Part shown: one piece after another, positions 63,203-64,000 of the stretch
How the letters are laid out: each line of letters opens with the position of its first letter
How positions within the stretch are numbered: the first letter of the stretch is position 1
DNA from: Trichoplax adhaerens
Taxonomy: Eukaryota; Animalia; Placozoa
Assembly: GCF_000150275.1 (NCBI RefSeq)
Contig: NW_002060945.1
Location: 7,243,087 to 7,307,086, forward strand
Direction of reading: 5' to 3'
DNA length: 64,000 nt
The notes under the pieces: generated by a model
The model's database searches: none
The model's input: only the letters and a program-made list of their open reading frames with translations
Told to the model about the DNA's origin: nothing
Program-made: the position numbers and the translations under genes

Positions 63203-64000
63203 CGCTTTTTCTTTGGCTTCTTGCTCGATGAAGGCCATCATATGGTGGATCTAGGGTGACGCCATATTGACATGAAAGTGGTTAGCTCAATATAAATGGC
63301 TTGAACAAAATTTCATTTATCCTCAACTGGATGCGGTACTACGCGAATCACTGTGGCAACATTACCTGCTTTTGGACTTCTGTATCTGATAAAGCCATTT
63401 TGATAGGATTTAGTTGGTTTACAGCTGGCAATCTGTTCTGAATAAAATCTTGATTACTCCGCTATGGCGACTGCCGAGTTTGGAGGCAGTAGGAATCAGC
63501 TATGAATCAACGTCTCGGGTTTGGCGAAAGGAAACATCAAGCGCATGTCACGTGAAGATAAATTGTATTTGGGCTAGAGTAGAGTACTTAGTGCCGTGGC
63601 TCAGTACTGTACGGTCATGAGTAAAACTTGGAATACTGTACTGTACATTGCGCATGTCACTTGAAGATCAATTGTATTTGGGGTACTGTACACTACAGTA
63701 GATACAGTAGAGTACCAAGTGCCGTGACATACTGTACTGTACAGTAGTACACAATACTATACTGTACTGTACTGTACGGTTACGCGTAAAACTTGGAATA
63801 CCGTACTGTACACTGCGCATGTCACGTGAAGTTCAATTGTATTTGGGGTACAGTGGATACAGTAGAGTACTGAGTGCCGTGACACAGTACTGTACTGTAC
63901 TGTACTGTACTGTACAGCCACTGTACTGTACTGTACTGTACAGCCACTGTACAGTACTGTATACTGTATGCCAAGGCTTCTGCGATACGCTAAGTAGGAT
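63203..64000 (-). repeat. Direct duplicate of 35246-36043 (ATP6V1E exon 1, part of exon 2, and promoter)
   Basis: Constant offset of 27957 bp; no differences seen by eye, including microsatellite lengths. Confidence 0.97.

Noticed and set aside
63203-64000. A second functional ATP6V1E paralogue
   Set aside because: No visible divergence, adjacent to a gap and interrupting UTP20; an artefact is more parsimonious.

Overview
AT-rich eukaryotic (animal) genomic DNA with compact, intron-rich genes. The gene set (JTB, ARID2, TMEM216), short introns and ACAGT/TACTG pentamer clusters upstream of genes suggest a placozoan such as Trichoplax; this is an inference. Hand-splicing on both strands gives 13 gene models, most invisible or fragmentary in the ORF track: an orphan protein, JTB, a GT31 beta-1,3-glycosyltransferase, MRPL21, an intronless protein with a C-terminal HSF DNA-binding domain, WDR77/MEP50, a cytochrome P450, TMEM216, V-ATPase subunit E, ARID2, a secreted SnoaL/DUF4440-like protein, a centrin-like EF-hand protein and the 5' end of UTP20. 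UTP20 is cut by a 50-N gap, followed by an apparently identical copy of 35246-36043, probably an assembly artefact. The most notable non-coding signals are: a triplicated V-ATPase promoter module carrying CLEAR/E-box sites; a probable U12-type intron after a 17-nt microexon in TMEM216; a pre-miRNA-like/MITE-like hairpin in a P450 intron; ACAGT clusters and a shared AACGCAAGCCT motif in housekeeping promoters; and several unrelated tandem arrays about 0.1-1 kb upstream of gene starts. I found no CRISPR array, tRNA, rRNA or intact transposase, and I cannot claim a confirmed novel system. All gene identities come from my own recognition of sequence similarity, not from database searches.
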